Positions 1 to 12,341 of a stretch of 64,000 nucleotides of DNA are shown in pieces; within the stretch, counting starts at the first letter, position 1; every line of letters starts with the position of its first letter. This stretch comes from Eledone cirrhosa (Eukaryota): the NCBI GenBank assembly GCA_964016885.1, contig OZ024757.1:5704001-5768000 (forward strand), read 5' to 3'. The position numbers were made by a program, and so were the translations under genes. Below the pieces are notes generated by a model that made no database searches, was not told the origin of the DNA, and saw only the letters and a program-made list of their open reading frames with translations.

Positions 1-757
1 TTGATCGGGTGACCGTGTCTCGCTCGTATAGGACTGTATCTGGCAGGTTTTCTACAGCTGGATGCCCTTCCTAACACCAACCACATTTCCAGTGTGGACT
101 GGGAGCCTTTTCGTGATGACACCTATACGACCTCTTTAGTTGGACTGGATGTTGTGGTACCAACATAGCTTTACAGAGACAGGGTGGTGTTGGTGGGAGT
201 GGGAGCATGGAGTAGGGGTTGTGGGTTGGGTGTATATTTGGTTAGGAGGGGCCTACTGACTGTAGGTTAACTTTGCACATAGGGAAGGCACGTCTTCTCT
301 ATTACTGTGTGGTACCATAGATCTCGATCCAGTGACATTGTCTAAGAGAGTTGTAAGTGTGCAAGGTTGGATTTTATGTCGTCCCAGGTTTTTCTGGGTC
401 TACCTACTCCATAACTTCCATCAAATTTGATCACCCTGCACTTTTTTATAAAGCTGTCATCTTTCATGCGCATCACATGACCATACCAACGTAATCTTCT
501 CTCAAGTAAACAGCATCTGATCCCTCTTATTCCTAATTCTCAATTAGTTTGTTTATGTTTTGCCGTTCATGTATATTACAATTACACATCCAACAGAGCA
601 TGCATGCTTCGTTCCTTTCCAATCTGCGCAGGTCCTCTGCACACAATCCCCATGTCTCACTGCCATGTAACATTGCTGTTCATATGCACGCATCATACAA
701 CCTGCCTTTCATTTTTAGAGAAACTTTTTGTGTCCAGCAGCGGTATTAGCTCATTGT
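1..757 (-). mobile_element. RTE-clade LINE 3' fragment (decayed RT C-terminus and 3' UTR), runs off the window start
   Basis: Reverse strand encodes KMKGRLYDACI..AMLHGSETW..LERNEACML..RLRWYGHVMRMKDD with frameshifts. It has the family tail motif TGTTAGGAAGGGCATCCAGCTGTAGAAA. Confidence 0.9.
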
Positions 758-859
758 GACATGTGAGAGAAACCATTCTCTTTGAATGTTACATTAACTA
801 CACACAAACATATACATACAGCTGGGAAGCCATATCACTTTGATATATTTGGTAAATCT

Positions 860-1580
860 TTCTCTAAATGTTGTGGATTCACTAGACACTAACATATACA
901 GGAGAGGAACCATATCACTGTGATGTCTGTGGTAAATGCTTCTCTAAATTCTGTGACTTTACTACACACTAATATATACAGGAGAGGAACCATATCACTG
1001 TGGTGTCTGTGGTACCTCACTCTCTAAATGTTGTGGCTTCACTACACACTAACATATACAGGAGAGGAACCATATCACTGTGATGTCTGTGGTACCTCAC
1101 TCTCTAAATGTTGTGGCTTCACTACACACTAACATATACAGGAGAGGAACCATATCACTGTGATATCTGTGGTACCTCACTCTCTAAATGTTGTGACTTT
1201 ACTACACACTAACATATACAGGAGAGGAACCATATCACTGTGATGTCTGTGGTACCTCACTCTCTAAATGTTGTGGCTTCACCACACACTAACATATACA
1301 GGAGAGGAACCATATCACTGTGGTACCTCACTCTCTAAATGTTGTGACTTCACTACACACTAACATATACAGGAGAGGAACCATATCACTATGATGTCTG
1401 TGGTACCTCACTCTCTAAATGTTGTGGCTTCACTACACACTAACATATACAGGAGAGGAACCATATCACTGTGATATCTGTGGTACCTCACTCTCTAAAT
1501 GTTGTGGCTTCACTACACACTAACATATACAGGACAGGAACCATATCACTGTGATGTCTGTGGTACCTCACTCTCTAAAA
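860..1580 (+). pseudogene. Tandem array (about 9 x 80 bp) of a dead C2H2 zinc finger
   Basis: GGAGAGGAACC recurs at 901, 981, 1061, 1141 and onward (80-nt period). The unit reads TGEEPYHCDVCGTSLSKCCGFTTH* and is 4 nt short of an 84-nt finger. Confidence 0.85.
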
Positions 1581-1984
1581 TTTGTTTGCTTTTAAGAAAC
1601 CACTGGTAAATGAAATAATTGCCTTATGTTGTTTATTACATAACTATTAAGCTCTGTTACCTACATAGAGCACTCTTTTTTCCTGGACTTTTCCGACGGA
1701 ATTACTTCACATATATACATATAAACGAAAAAAATGAAACGAAATTTCATTTCCCACTCTTAGTACGGCTGTAACTTAAATATAAGTATGTATACGTACA
1801 TACATATATGTATACAGACGTACAGTAGTATGTATATATACATACATGCACACATATATATATGTACGTATGGATTCACCAAACATTCATTACAATGCTC
1901 AGTGTGTTTGTAAACAAACATCCCGAATTAAGCCGTAGTGTCCAGCAACCATCGTTGCTCGTTTGTTCAACACTGACAAAGGAA

Positions 1985-2025
1985 CGCTGTACTAGTTTCA
2001 AGCTTGTTAGCTATCGTCAGCAACG
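1985..2025 (-). ncRNA. Minimal type I hammerhead ribozyme motif (family A)
   Basis: Minus strand: cgttg CTGACGA t-agct-aaca-agct-t GAAAC TA GTA cagcg. Stem I is cgttg/cagcg and stem III is palindromic (ACTAGT). Confidence 0.75.
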
Positions 2026-2220
2026 TATATGCAAATTGGGCTACTCAGCCGTTAATATGCATAAGGAAATTATATACTTTCGGACGTTCAACCATCTGGC
2101 AGGAAGGTATACGTTGCAATTTGTATATAATAGGGGTTAATTTGAAGCAGAAAATGTTGGGGACCACTTAAGACAACAAATCGTTCTTTTTATTTTATAA
2201 CAATTATTATTATTATCATA

Positions 2221-3048
2221 TCTATATATATAAAACTGTGGTTGTCTGTCTGTCTATCGATTTTTGGCACACATCTCCTCTTAGAATCTCTCACGGAATT
2301 GCACCGAAATTGCTATACTTGTACATTGAGCCCTAGCGAAGACATCGGAAAAAAAAATATTTCAAATTGACCCGCCCTATCTGACGAAATCGAATATAAT
2401 GTATCGATTTTTGAGCGTAAGTGATCAGTTATTTCCCTTTGTTCTGTTTACATTGAGCGTCTTACGTAAAAAATTACGCTGGCTTTACGAACAGTTGTCG
2501 AGCCAGCAAAATATTGACCTGCAAAATTCATCAGTTCGAACACTAAGCTTCCGTTTTGCTTCATTTCCATTTAAAAGCATTTTAAAACAATATTTTTACT
2601 TGAAAACAAGTCTATTTAAAGACTACGTAAAACAAGCAAATATTTCGTCGTTAGGCGTGCAGACAGACAGTCGTGCAGAGAGGTGATATAGGCGTGCAGA
2701 CAGACAGTCGTGCAGAGAGGTGATATAGGCGTGCAGACAGACATAACTGATAATTTGGTTACGCTAATGTTTTTCTCTGCGTTGCAGTGTTTACATTTTC
2801 GATCTTTGTTAATAAATAACCAGTGCAGTTTCTATCCCCAACATCCTCTTTTGTTATAACATTCGGGTTATCGTTATGTTTTCTTAACTTCATAAGGCAT
2901 ATTGTTGGTTGAGGGAATATTAATCAAAAACACCACATGCAAGTCTGCACAGTAGACACTACAGTTTTTAAGCCAAGAAAGAAACTTAACATTGTAACTT
3001 TAACACAGCTACTGAGCGACCCCGAGCAACGCCGGGCTTTACTGCTAG
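2221..3048 (+). mobile_element. Non-autonomous Helitron
   Basis: 5' TC, 3' CTAG, subterminal hairpin cccg-agcaacgc-cggg, inserted between A and T. The empty site is present in the paralog at about 29155. Confidence 0.85.
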
Positions 3049-3083
3049 TATATATATATTTTAGTCTTCAAATTTATTATTAT

Positions 3084-3127
<44 letters not shown>

Positions 3128-3132
<5 letters not shown>

Positions 3133-3385
3133 AAATGAGGTCGTGTAGGTGTCACGCCAAAAAAAAATACACAGTCCACGCTGTAATGTGGCCGTGTAGG
3201 TTACACGGTAAAAACCTCCCAGTTCCACACTGTAAATGTGGTTGGTGTTAGGAAGGGCATCCAGCCGTAGAAAACCCGCCAGACAGTCCTATGCGAGCAA
3301 GACAACCACTCTTGCCTCAAGTGGGAAAATTCCCGTCCAAACCCATGCAAGCGTGGAATATGGACGTTAAACGATGATGATGATA
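3128..3385 (+). mobile_element. RTE LINE 3' tail fragment ending in (GAT)n
   Basis: Matches the 3' UTR of the LINE at 19155-19640. Confidence 0.85.
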
Positions 3386-3552
3386 GTAATAACAATAAAT
3401 TTGAAGACTAAAATCCAAAGAGAGCTCGATAAGGATAAATATATATAAAATATATAAGAACCGTAGAGCAAATATTTATTAAAATTTTTTCAGAAGATCC
3501 CTTTAAGGGTGAAAGCAGCGATTCTTTGCTTAAACTTTAATCTGTTATTTTA

Positions 3553-3603
<51 letters not shown>

Positions 3604-3692
3604 GAGGTTATATTTAATTTGTTGGGATTCAACAAGCTTAAACATTTTTATAACTGATATAAAGCACTCAACACTTAGTGGTGTAACTACAC

Positions 3693-3853
3693 AATATATT
3701 AATAAATGGAAACTATATTTATTTTATTATACATATTTCAAGGGCCACAATGTCTTTTAGAGAAGAAGAGATCCTAAAGAATGTGGCCCTTGAAATATGT
3801 ATAATAAAATATATATGGTTTTATAAATATAGTTTCCATTTATTAATATATTG
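3693..3853. repeat. Imperfect fold-back inverted repeat next to (TA)n
   Basis: caatatattaataaatggaaactatattt...tttcaagggccaca mirrors tgtggcccttgaaa...aaatatagtttccatttattaatatattg. Confidence 0.75.
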
Positions 3854-3883
3854 TATATATATATATATATATATATATAGATG

Positions 3884-3914
<31 letters not shown>

Positions 3915-4469
3915 GTGTGTGTGTGTACCCCTCAGTCCGTTTTTAAAAATACACTCGTTGAACCACGTCATCCCCGTGGCAACACGTGGTTCAAATCATT
4001 CGCAGATTTGCATTTGCTGTGTAAACGCAGATGGTTATCTTCTTCTCCTTTGGTGAACATCCAAGAATTTAACTGCTGTGGTTTACGGATTAATAGGTGA
4101 AATATATTTCTTACTTAAAGAAATATATACAAAGGAGATTAATCATTTTAAAAGGTATCTATATTTGAAGTTCTAGTTAAACTTTAATTAGTTACCTACC
4201 TAGCTATGTGTGCCTACATTCTTTACAAATTATACCCTGTGATTGTTTCATGTATTTATTATATATATATATATCTCAATCTATTTCTAGTTGATATGTA
4301 ATGCTCGGATCTAATCTTTGAGCTTATTCTACGGTGGATATGGTGCATGTCTCTCAGACATGACAACCCTTAATTTTAATTTTGGATATATATACATATA
4401 TATATACATATAACATATGTATATATACAAATATACATATAATATATATATATACATATATATATATGT

Positions 4470-4578
4470 ATGAGGTTGGTGTTAGGAAGGGCATCCGGCT
4501 GTAGAAATCAAGCCAGAATCAGTTCCTGTCCTACCCCTGCAAACAGGGAAAAACGGACGTAAAAGGATGATGATGATG

Positions 4579-4580
<2 letters not shown>
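4470..4580 (+). mobile_element. RTE 3' tail fragment in (TA)n
   Basis: TGTTAGGAAGGGCATCC...GGACGTAAA(GAT)n. Confidence 0.8.
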
Positions 4581-4618
<38 letters not shown>

Positions 4619-4623
<5 letters not shown>

Positions 4624-4958
4624 GATGAAATCAAAAATGCAACTGGAGTCTTATTTTTAAAAAAATATATATATTTATTTGGTTCCTTTACCGGTTTCGC
4701 AGTTCTTCTGCTTTTCAAAATTAGAGTTGAGATGGAGGGTCTGTGGTTTTCCTCACAAGAGAAAAACCACAGACCCTCCATCTCAACTCTACTTTTGAAA
4801 AGCAGAAGAACTGCGAAACCGGTAAAGGAACCAAATAAATATATATATATTTTTTTAAATAAGACTCCAGTTGCATTTTCGATTTCATCTTTTTTTCTTT
4901 ATACTTTCACTCGTGTAGGACACCTCGGTTATTTTTCATTTTGTAAAAAAAACCTCAC

Positions 4959-4965
<7 letters not shown>
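4619..4965. mobile_element. Fold-back Penelope-like mini element (family B) in (TA)n
   Basis: Near-perfect inverted arms of about 130 bp (4619-4750 / 4763-4895) plus a short unique tail, bounded by (TA)n. Each arm has a hammerhead-like motif. Confidence 0.7.
4792..4827 (+). ncRNA. Hammerhead-like motif with U3-A8 core (family B)
   Basis: ctt TTGAAAA gcag-aagaa-ctgc GAAAC CG GTA aag. Confidence 0.55.
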
Positions 4966-4995
<30 letters not shown>

Positions 4996-5307
4996 GGAGG
5001 TGAGTTTTATTGTAGTACAATAAAGCAATGCAGATATCGGATAAGAAGCACTCTACAGTTTGTAGGACTGGAGTATACATAATATATAAGATATGTTGAT
5101 TTAAAACTGCACTATCCACAAGTGTTTTTTAACCTTCATATCATGTCTTCCTATTTTATCTTATGAAAACACAAATATTATTGCATGATGATGTTTGTTT
5201 TTGAAATGCACATAATAAAATACATGGAACTCTTTTAACCATCTTTTGATCTTATATATTATATATATATATAGTTAAAAGAATAGAGGTGTAACACACA
5301 AGTTATT

Positions 5308-5682
5308 ATATATTGGTAAACGGAATAGAAAATGCTGACAAATTGTTCACAGTTGAAAAATGGTTTAATTAGGAATAAAAGAGTATTAGTGATTGTATGG
5401 GTTAGTATTCAGTTGTGGTTTTAAGTTTTTAAGTTTTTACCGGTTGCGCATTTTTAAATGCTTTTCAAAAATAATTTTGAGATAGAGTGTCCGTGTTGAT
5501 CAGAGCAAACAACACGGACACTCTATCTCAAAATTATTTTTGAAAAGCATTTAGGAATGCGCAACCGGTAAAAACTTAAAACCACAACTGAATACTAACC
5601 CATACAATCACTAATACTCTTTTATTCCTAATTAAACCATTTTTCAACTTGAATAATTTGTCAGCATTTTCTATTCCGTTTA

Positions 5683-5690
<8 letters not shown>
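5308..5690. mobile_element. Fold-back Penelope-like mini element (family C)
   Basis: Inverted arms of about 185 bp (5308-5497 / 5511-5690) ending at (TA)n. Confidence 0.7.
5537..5573 (+). ncRNA. Hammerhead-like motif with U3-A8 core and GCAA in place of GAAA (family C)
   Basis: ttt TTGAAAA gcatt-tagg-aatgc GCAAC CG GTA aaa. The same substitutions occur in the opposite arm. Confidence 0.45.
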
Positions 5691-5729
<39 letters not shown>

Positions 5730-5743
<14 letters not shown>

Positions 5744-6399
5744 TCTCATGCATACACACAGATACTCACATTCACATATATATATTTATATAGTAAAGCA
5801 CTTTACTATTAGGATTATATATATCTATATATGTTGCCTTGGCTGCTATTTCTAGGGCTAAAATTAACACCGGAAGTGGACAAGATGAAAAAAGTTAGCT
5901 AAAATTCAGTCTCAACTTTTTAAACAATAGATTTTTTTATGTCAACAAACGGAGAATATTTGGCAAGAAAGATAACTCTTGTCTTACTTAAAGCCGGAAA
6001 TTGAGTTAAAAATTTTGCGGGTCTGCAGTTTATGTAAACCTTCTTATTTGGTCTTGTTAACTGGCATTTGACTGCTATTTCTAGCATATATTAATAGACA
6101 CTTTAGAAATAGCAGCCAAAAGTCAGCTAACAACACTATAGGAAACACCAGAAAGAAGGACTCATGCACACACACACATATATATATATATGTACATGAG
6201 TGTGTGTGTGTGTATATATATATACATGTACACACACACAGACATCTGTGTGTGTGTTTATATATATATATATATATACACACACACGCACAAATATATT
6301 AATATATGTGCGTATATATATATATAATATATGCATGTGTGTATATATGTGTATGTGTACGTATTCATACATACATATATATGTGTATATATATATATA

Positions 6400-6448
<49 letters not shown>

Positions 6449-6464
6449 GTATATACATATACAT

Positions 6465-6498
<34 letters not shown>

Positions 6499-6652
6499 AT
6501 GTATGTATATGTATATGTATATATATATATATATACAGTATATGTGTGTATATGATATATATGTATATGTATATATATATACAGTATATGTATATCTATG
6601 TGTATGTGTGTGTGAATATTTATATACAACCCCCTCCCCCCACACACATATA

Positions 6653-6702
<50 letters not shown>

Positions 6703-7411
6703 CATATATGTATATATATATACTTTATATATATACATATATATGTATATATATATATATACACATATATATGTATGTATGAATACGTACACATACACAT
6801 ATATACACACACATGCATACATACATATATTATATATATATACGCACATATATTAATATATTTGTGCGTGTGTGTGTATATATATATATATATATAGAAA
6901 CGCACACACAGATGTCTGTGTGCGTGTACATGTATATATATATACACACACACACACTCATGTACATATATATATATATGTGTGTGTGTACATGGGTCCT
7001 TCTTTCTGGTGTTTCCTATAGTGTTGTTAGCGGACTTTTGGCTGCTATTTCTAAAGTGTCTATTAATATATGCTAGAAATAGCAGTCAAATGCCAGTTAA
7101 CAGACCAAATAAGAAGGTTTATATAAACTGCAGACCCGCAAAATTTGTAACTCAATTTCCGGCTTTAAGTAAGACAAGAGTTATCTTTCTTGCCAAATAT
7201 TCTCCGTTTCTTGACATAAAAAAATCTATTGTTTAAAAAGTTGAGACTGAATTTTAGCTAACTTTTTTCATCTTGTCCACTTCCGGTTTTAATTTTAGCG
7301 CTAGAAATAGCAGCCAAGGCAACATATATAGATATATATAATCCTAATAGTAAAGTGCTTTACTATATAAATATATATATATGAACGTGTGTATCTGTGT
7401 GTATGCATGAG

Positions 7412-7420
<9 letters not shown>
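5730..7420. repeat. Large inverted duplication (arms about 670 bp, microsatellite spacer)
   Basis: 5730-6395 is the reverse complement of 6750-7420 with scattered substitutions. The mirrored ORFs at 6044-6283 and 6982-7236 confirm it. Confidence 0.9.
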
Positions 7421-7457
<37 letters not shown>

Positions 7458-7460
<3 letters not shown>

Positions 7461-7550
7461 TCATCATCATCATCATTTTACGTCCGCTTTACGGGAACTG
7501 ATTCTGGCTTGATTTCTACAGCTGGATGCCCTTCCTAACACCAACCTCCT
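7458..7550 (-). mobile_element. RTE 3' tail fragment
   Basis: (CAT)n followed by tttctacagctggatgcccttcctaacaccaacc. Confidence 0.8.
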
Positions 7551-7889
7551 ACATATATATATATGTATATATATATATGTTATATGTATATATGTATATA
7601 TATATGTTATATGTATATATGTATATATATATATGTTATATGTATATATATATGTATATATACACATATACACATACATACATATATATATATACATATT
7701 TATATATGTTATATGTATATATATATATATATGTGTGTGAGTGCGTATGTATGTACACATATTTGTATGTATGTGTATATATATGTGTATATATTTGTAT
7801 ATATGTATGTGTGTATGTACCATTAAGTATGTGTGTTGTGTGTGTGTGTGTGTAAGTGGGCGAGGGTGTGAATGTGTTTGTCGACACCT

Positions 7890-8007
7890 GGAGGATGAAA
7901 GGCAAAGTTAACCTCGGCGGGATTTGAACTCAGATCATAAAGGGACGTAACTCTATGCTTCAAAGCATGGTGTCCGACTCTCTACCGATACTGCCAATCC
8001 ACCGCCC
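7890..8007 (-). mobile_element. tRNA-derived SINE (partial)
   Basis: Reverse strand: TGGCAGTATCGGTAGA (A-box-like), GAGTTCAAATCCC (B box), then CTTTGCCTTTCATCC core. Confidence 0.75.
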
Positions 8008-8112
8008 TATATATATATATAATATATACCGTGCGTATATATATATAATATATGTATGTATGTGTATATACGTGTGTGTGTGTATGTGTACGTATTCATA
8101 CATACATATATA

Positions 8113-9330
8113 TCATCATCATCATCATCATCACCGTTTTACGTCCGTTCTTCCACGCTAGCATGGGTTAGACGGGTTGTCCTGTTGTGGGCAGTGTCTG
8201 GTCGGCTGACCATGCCTTGCTCATACAGGAACTGATCTGACTTGATTTCTACAGCTGGATGCCCTTCCTAACACCAACCTCATTTACAGTGAGTGCTGGG
8301 TGCTTTTTCGTGGCGCCTACACGTCCACTTTACAGTGTGGGCTGGGTGCTTTTTTGCCGTGGCACCTCCACGACCACCTTGCGGTGGGGGGGGGGGGGGG
8401 CATATTGTTTATATGCTTCAGCATGTACCCATGGGAGGTCGGGTACCCTGTATTACTGCGTGACGCCAGAAGTCACGGTCGTGTGTCATTGACTTTGAGA
8501 GGTGTAGTTGGGTAAGGTCGGCTTTTATCACCTCATCCCAAGTCATCTTGGGTCTCCCCACTCCGCGGTTTCCATCAACTTCTAGTGCTCTGCACCTTTT
8601 TATGCAGCTGTCATCCTTCATACGCATCACATGTCCATACCAGCGTAACCGCCTCTCCTGCACGCAGCATTTGATTCCTCTTATGCTCAGTCTCTCTCTC
8701 AATTCATTTATGCTTTGTCGTTCACGTATATTACTGTTACACATCCATCGGAGCATGCAGGCTTCGTTTCTCTCTAATCTACGTAAGTCTTCCACCTTCA
8801 GCGCCCAGGTCTCACTACCATGCAACATCGCTGTTCGGATACACGCATCATACAGTCTGCCTTTCATTCTGAGGGAGAAGCCTTTTGCAGCTAGCAGTGG
8901 TAGTAGTTCCCTAAACTTCTTCCATCCCGTTCTTACCCTAGTTATTGTACTTTCTGAGCACCCACCTCCGTTGCTAATTCGGTCACCTAGGTAGCAGAAG
9001 CTGTCTACTGTTTCTACAGGGCCCTCCCAGAGATTGGTGGTACTTGTTTCCTGTGGCTGTTTGCTTGCTGTTTCAGCACAGCTGCTGCATGTGAATCCTA
9101 CATTCTTAATTAAGCTTCCTGAGATCCCGCTACATCTCTTGTGTACCCATTGTTTGCATTTGGGGCAAAGTAATGGAGTTCCTACCTACACCTTTCCTAC
9201 ATACTGAGCAAGGCCATTTCCCTGAGGGGATCTGGGTTCTGTTTTCTCGTCTACTTATAAGGACCTTAGTCTTTGTCATGTTGACTTTGAGGCCCTTTCT
9301 CTCTAGTCCCTGCTTCCAGGTTTGGAAATG
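8113..9330 (-). mobile_element. 5'-truncated RTE LINE (Cys/His finger, RT C-terminus, 3' UTR)
   Basis: ORF 8418-8867 (MKGRLYDACIRTAMLHGSETW...RLRWYGHVMRM). Upstream frame reads [16 protein letters not shown]...[15 protein letters not shown]. (CAT)n tail. Confidence 0.9.
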
Positions 9331-9646
9331 TGTATATATATATACATATATATATACATATATACATATATATGTGTATATATATATACATATATATGTA
9401 TATACATATATATGTATATGTATATATATATATGTATATATATATATATGTATATATATATGTATATATATATATATGTATATATATATATGTATATATA
9501 TATATATGTATATATATATATGTATATATATATGTGTGTGTGTGTATGTATATATATATATATATATGTATATATATACAAATATATGTATATACATATA
9601 TATGTATATACATATATGTATATATATATATATGTATATATATACG

Positions 9647-9706
<60 letters not shown>

Positions 9707-9747
9707 TGTGCGTGTGTGTGTGTGAATGAGCATGTGGGAATATTTAT

Positions 9748-9825
<78 letters not shown>

Positions 9826-9827
<2 letters not shown>

Positions 9828-9949
9828 GAAGTATTTCCGTCGGAAAGGTACAGGAGGAAAGAGTGCTCTATGTAGGCTACAGAGCTTATTACTGTAGCCT
9901 ACATAGAGCACTCTTTTCTCCTGTACCTTTCCGACGGAAATATTTCATT
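9826..9949. repeat. Fold-back palindrome (about 55-bp arms) abutting (TA)n
   Basis: tatttccgtcggaaaggtacagg...gagtgctctatgtaggctacag / ctgtagcctacatagagcactc...cctgtacctttccgacggaaata. One arm recurs at 1660-1710 and 28570-28620. Confidence 0.8.
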
Positions 9950-10094
9950 TACTCAGCTCCAACCGGGAATGATCGAAGCATATTCTATATTACATATACG
10001 ATTAGCACCTTCCAGCCCGATAAGTTGAGCACTCTACAGTTTCAGGAAATTAACCAACATACACCATGGACGTTTATGAATTGGATTATTCTAT

Positions 10095-10641
10095 CAAAAA
10101 TATACCTACTCCTTCCAACAAATATACCTACTCCTTCCAACAAGATATACCTACTCCTTCCAACAAAATATACCTACTCCTTCCAACAAAATATACCTAC
10201 TCCTTCCAACAAAATAGACCTACTCCTTCCAACAAAATATACCTACTCCTCTACAAAATATACCTACACCTTCCAACAAAATATACCTACTCCTTCCAAC
10301 AAAATATACCTACTCCTTCCAACAAAATATACCTACTCCTTCCAACAAAATATACCTACTCCTTCCAACAAAATATACCTACTCCTTCCAACAAAATATA
10401 CCTACTCCTTCCAACAAAATATACCTACTCCTCTACAAAATATACCTACACCTTCCAACAAAATATACCTACTCCTTCCAACAAAATATACCTACTCCTT
10501 CCAACAAAATATACCTATTCCTTCCAATAAAATATACCTACTCCAACAAAATATACCTACTCCTTCCAACAAAATATACCTACTCCTTCCAACAAAATAT
10601 ACCTATTCCTTCCAACAAAATATACCTACTCCTCTACAAAA
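10095..10641. repeat. 23-bp minisatellite (AAAATATACCTACTCCTTCCAAC)n
   Basis: Direct tandem array of about 23 units. Confidence 0.95.
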
Positions 10642-10814
10642 TTCCTTTTCGCCCGTTTTTTTCAGCCTCACTTTCATATTTCCTAAATTTTGTTTTCAAA
10701 TCCATATTTAATAAAAACACCATGTTATTTATTCCGACGACTGAAGACAAACACATCTGCCTTCAAAAAACCACTGGTAAATGAAATAATTATCTTATGT
10801 TGTTTATTACATAA

Positions 10815-10864
<50 letters not shown>

Positions 10865-10869
<5 letters not shown>

Positions 10870-11370
10870 TAATAAAAACAATGAAATAAAAACAAAGAAC
10901 AATTCCTTATATTAAAAAATTCATCATTTTACGATCGTTTCTGGGATATATATGTGTGTGGTATGTATATCATGTTAAAGATCTATGTAAAAATATTACA
11001 AATTATCAGAGGAAATATACCTTCACATACATGCTATCTTCAGAAATGATGAAGTATGTTTATTGAAAAAAACACCTATCGACTTGACCTCTAACTCTTT
11101 TCCGTTGGTCAATTCAAAACCTGTTCCTAAACAGACTTTTTATATTAATTCTTTGTTTTTTTCAATAAACACATCTCATCATTTCTGAAGACTTCATGTA
11201 TATGTGAAAGTATGTATATCTCCTCTGATAATTTGTAATATTTTAAAATAGATCTTTAACATGATATACATACCACACAAATATATATCCCAGAAAAGAT
11301 TGTAAAATGATGAATTTTTTAATATAAGGAATTGTTCTTTGTTTTTATTTCATTGTTTTTATTAATTTAT
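10865..11370. mobile_element. Fold-back Penelope-like mini element (family D)
   Basis: Inverted arms of about 205 bp (10865-11070 / 11157-11370) starting at (TA)n. Each arm has a hammerhead motif. Confidence 0.7.
10922..11051 (-). ncRNA. Type I hammerhead motif with a 95-nt stem/loop II (family D)
   Basis: Minus strand: catcattt CTGAAGA [95 nt] GAAAC GATC GTA aaatgatg, with a perfect 8-bp stem I. A decayed plus-strand copy lies at 11177-11312. Confidence 0.65.
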
Positions 11371-11505
11371 CTTGACTCTGTTTTCCTATGACTTTTATCC
11401 TAAATTTTTGAATGCATCTTCTCTTTTAATGATATCTTCTATATTTGGATTACATTGAGTTCTTCATACGGATTGGACACTACCGTATATTTTGGTAGAT
11501 TTATC

Positions 11506-11551
<46 letters not shown>

Positions 11552-11974
11552 CACATATATATGTCCTTCTTCCTCTTATGTCGTCTATGGCTGATATCTC
11601 TAGCATGTTTATATATATGTCCTTCCTTTTCTCTTGAGCTCCCATTCTCCTCCAAAAGTGTGTGTGTCTGAGTGTGTAACATGCAAACGCTGAAAATATT
11701 TGTAATGATATAAAAACGAAGGACATGCTAGAAAGAGCAGCTAAATCACATAAAATATTTTTAAAAAAAAACGAAGGGCAGATATACATGCTAGAAATAG
11801 CAGTCAAATACCAACAATCAAGACCAAACAAATTGCACACCCGCAACATTTTTGTCTCGACTTTTGCGATTAAGTAAGACAAGAGTTACCTTTCTTGGCA
11901 AAAATCTCGGGTTTTTTACATTTAATTTTCTATTGTTTAAAATATTTTCACTGATTTTAAGCCAAAGTTTTTTA

Positions 11975-11993
11975 ATGGCTGCCACTTCCGGTT
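11975..11993 (+). promoter_or_regulatory. Candidate core-promoter motif pair (YY1-like ATGGC plus ETS CACTTCCGG)
   Basis: ATGGCTGCCACTTCCGGT. The homologous ETS site is retained at about 5870 and 7280, and a similar motif occurs at about 25905. Motif match only. Confidence 0.3.
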
Positions 11994-12067
11994 TGTGTTG
12001 TGCGTCTACAGACAGCAGTAAACCTGCTAGAAATAGCAGTCACAGCAACACACATATATTTATATAT

Positions 12068-12218
12068 CAGGGATTCCCAACGAGGGGTGCACGCCCCACA
12101 AGGAGCAATTTGAATATAATAGGGGTCAATATGAAAGTGATATAATACGATCAAACTTCCAGTTACACATTTTAAATGTTGAGGTGGGGCATGGTGCAGA
12201 AAAGGTTGGGGACCACTG
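12068..12218. mobile_element. Probable hAT-type MITE
   Basis: Imperfect TIRs CAGGGATTCCCAAC / GTTGGGGACCACTG, 151 bp, in TA-rich flanks. The TSD is not clearly resolved. Confidence 0.55.
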
Positions 12219-12307
12219 ATATATATTTATTTATGTCCTTCATTCTGTTGTTTTTAAACTCTAAACTCATCATTGTTCTGTTGTTCTCTGGGATTCTAGC
12301 ATGTGTG

Positions 12308-12340
<33 letters not shown>

Positions 12341-12341
12341 T

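Noticed and set aside
9863-10711. 282-aa and 154-aa repetitive ORFs
   Set aside because: Products of the 23-bp minisatellite, with the same peptide cycling through frames.
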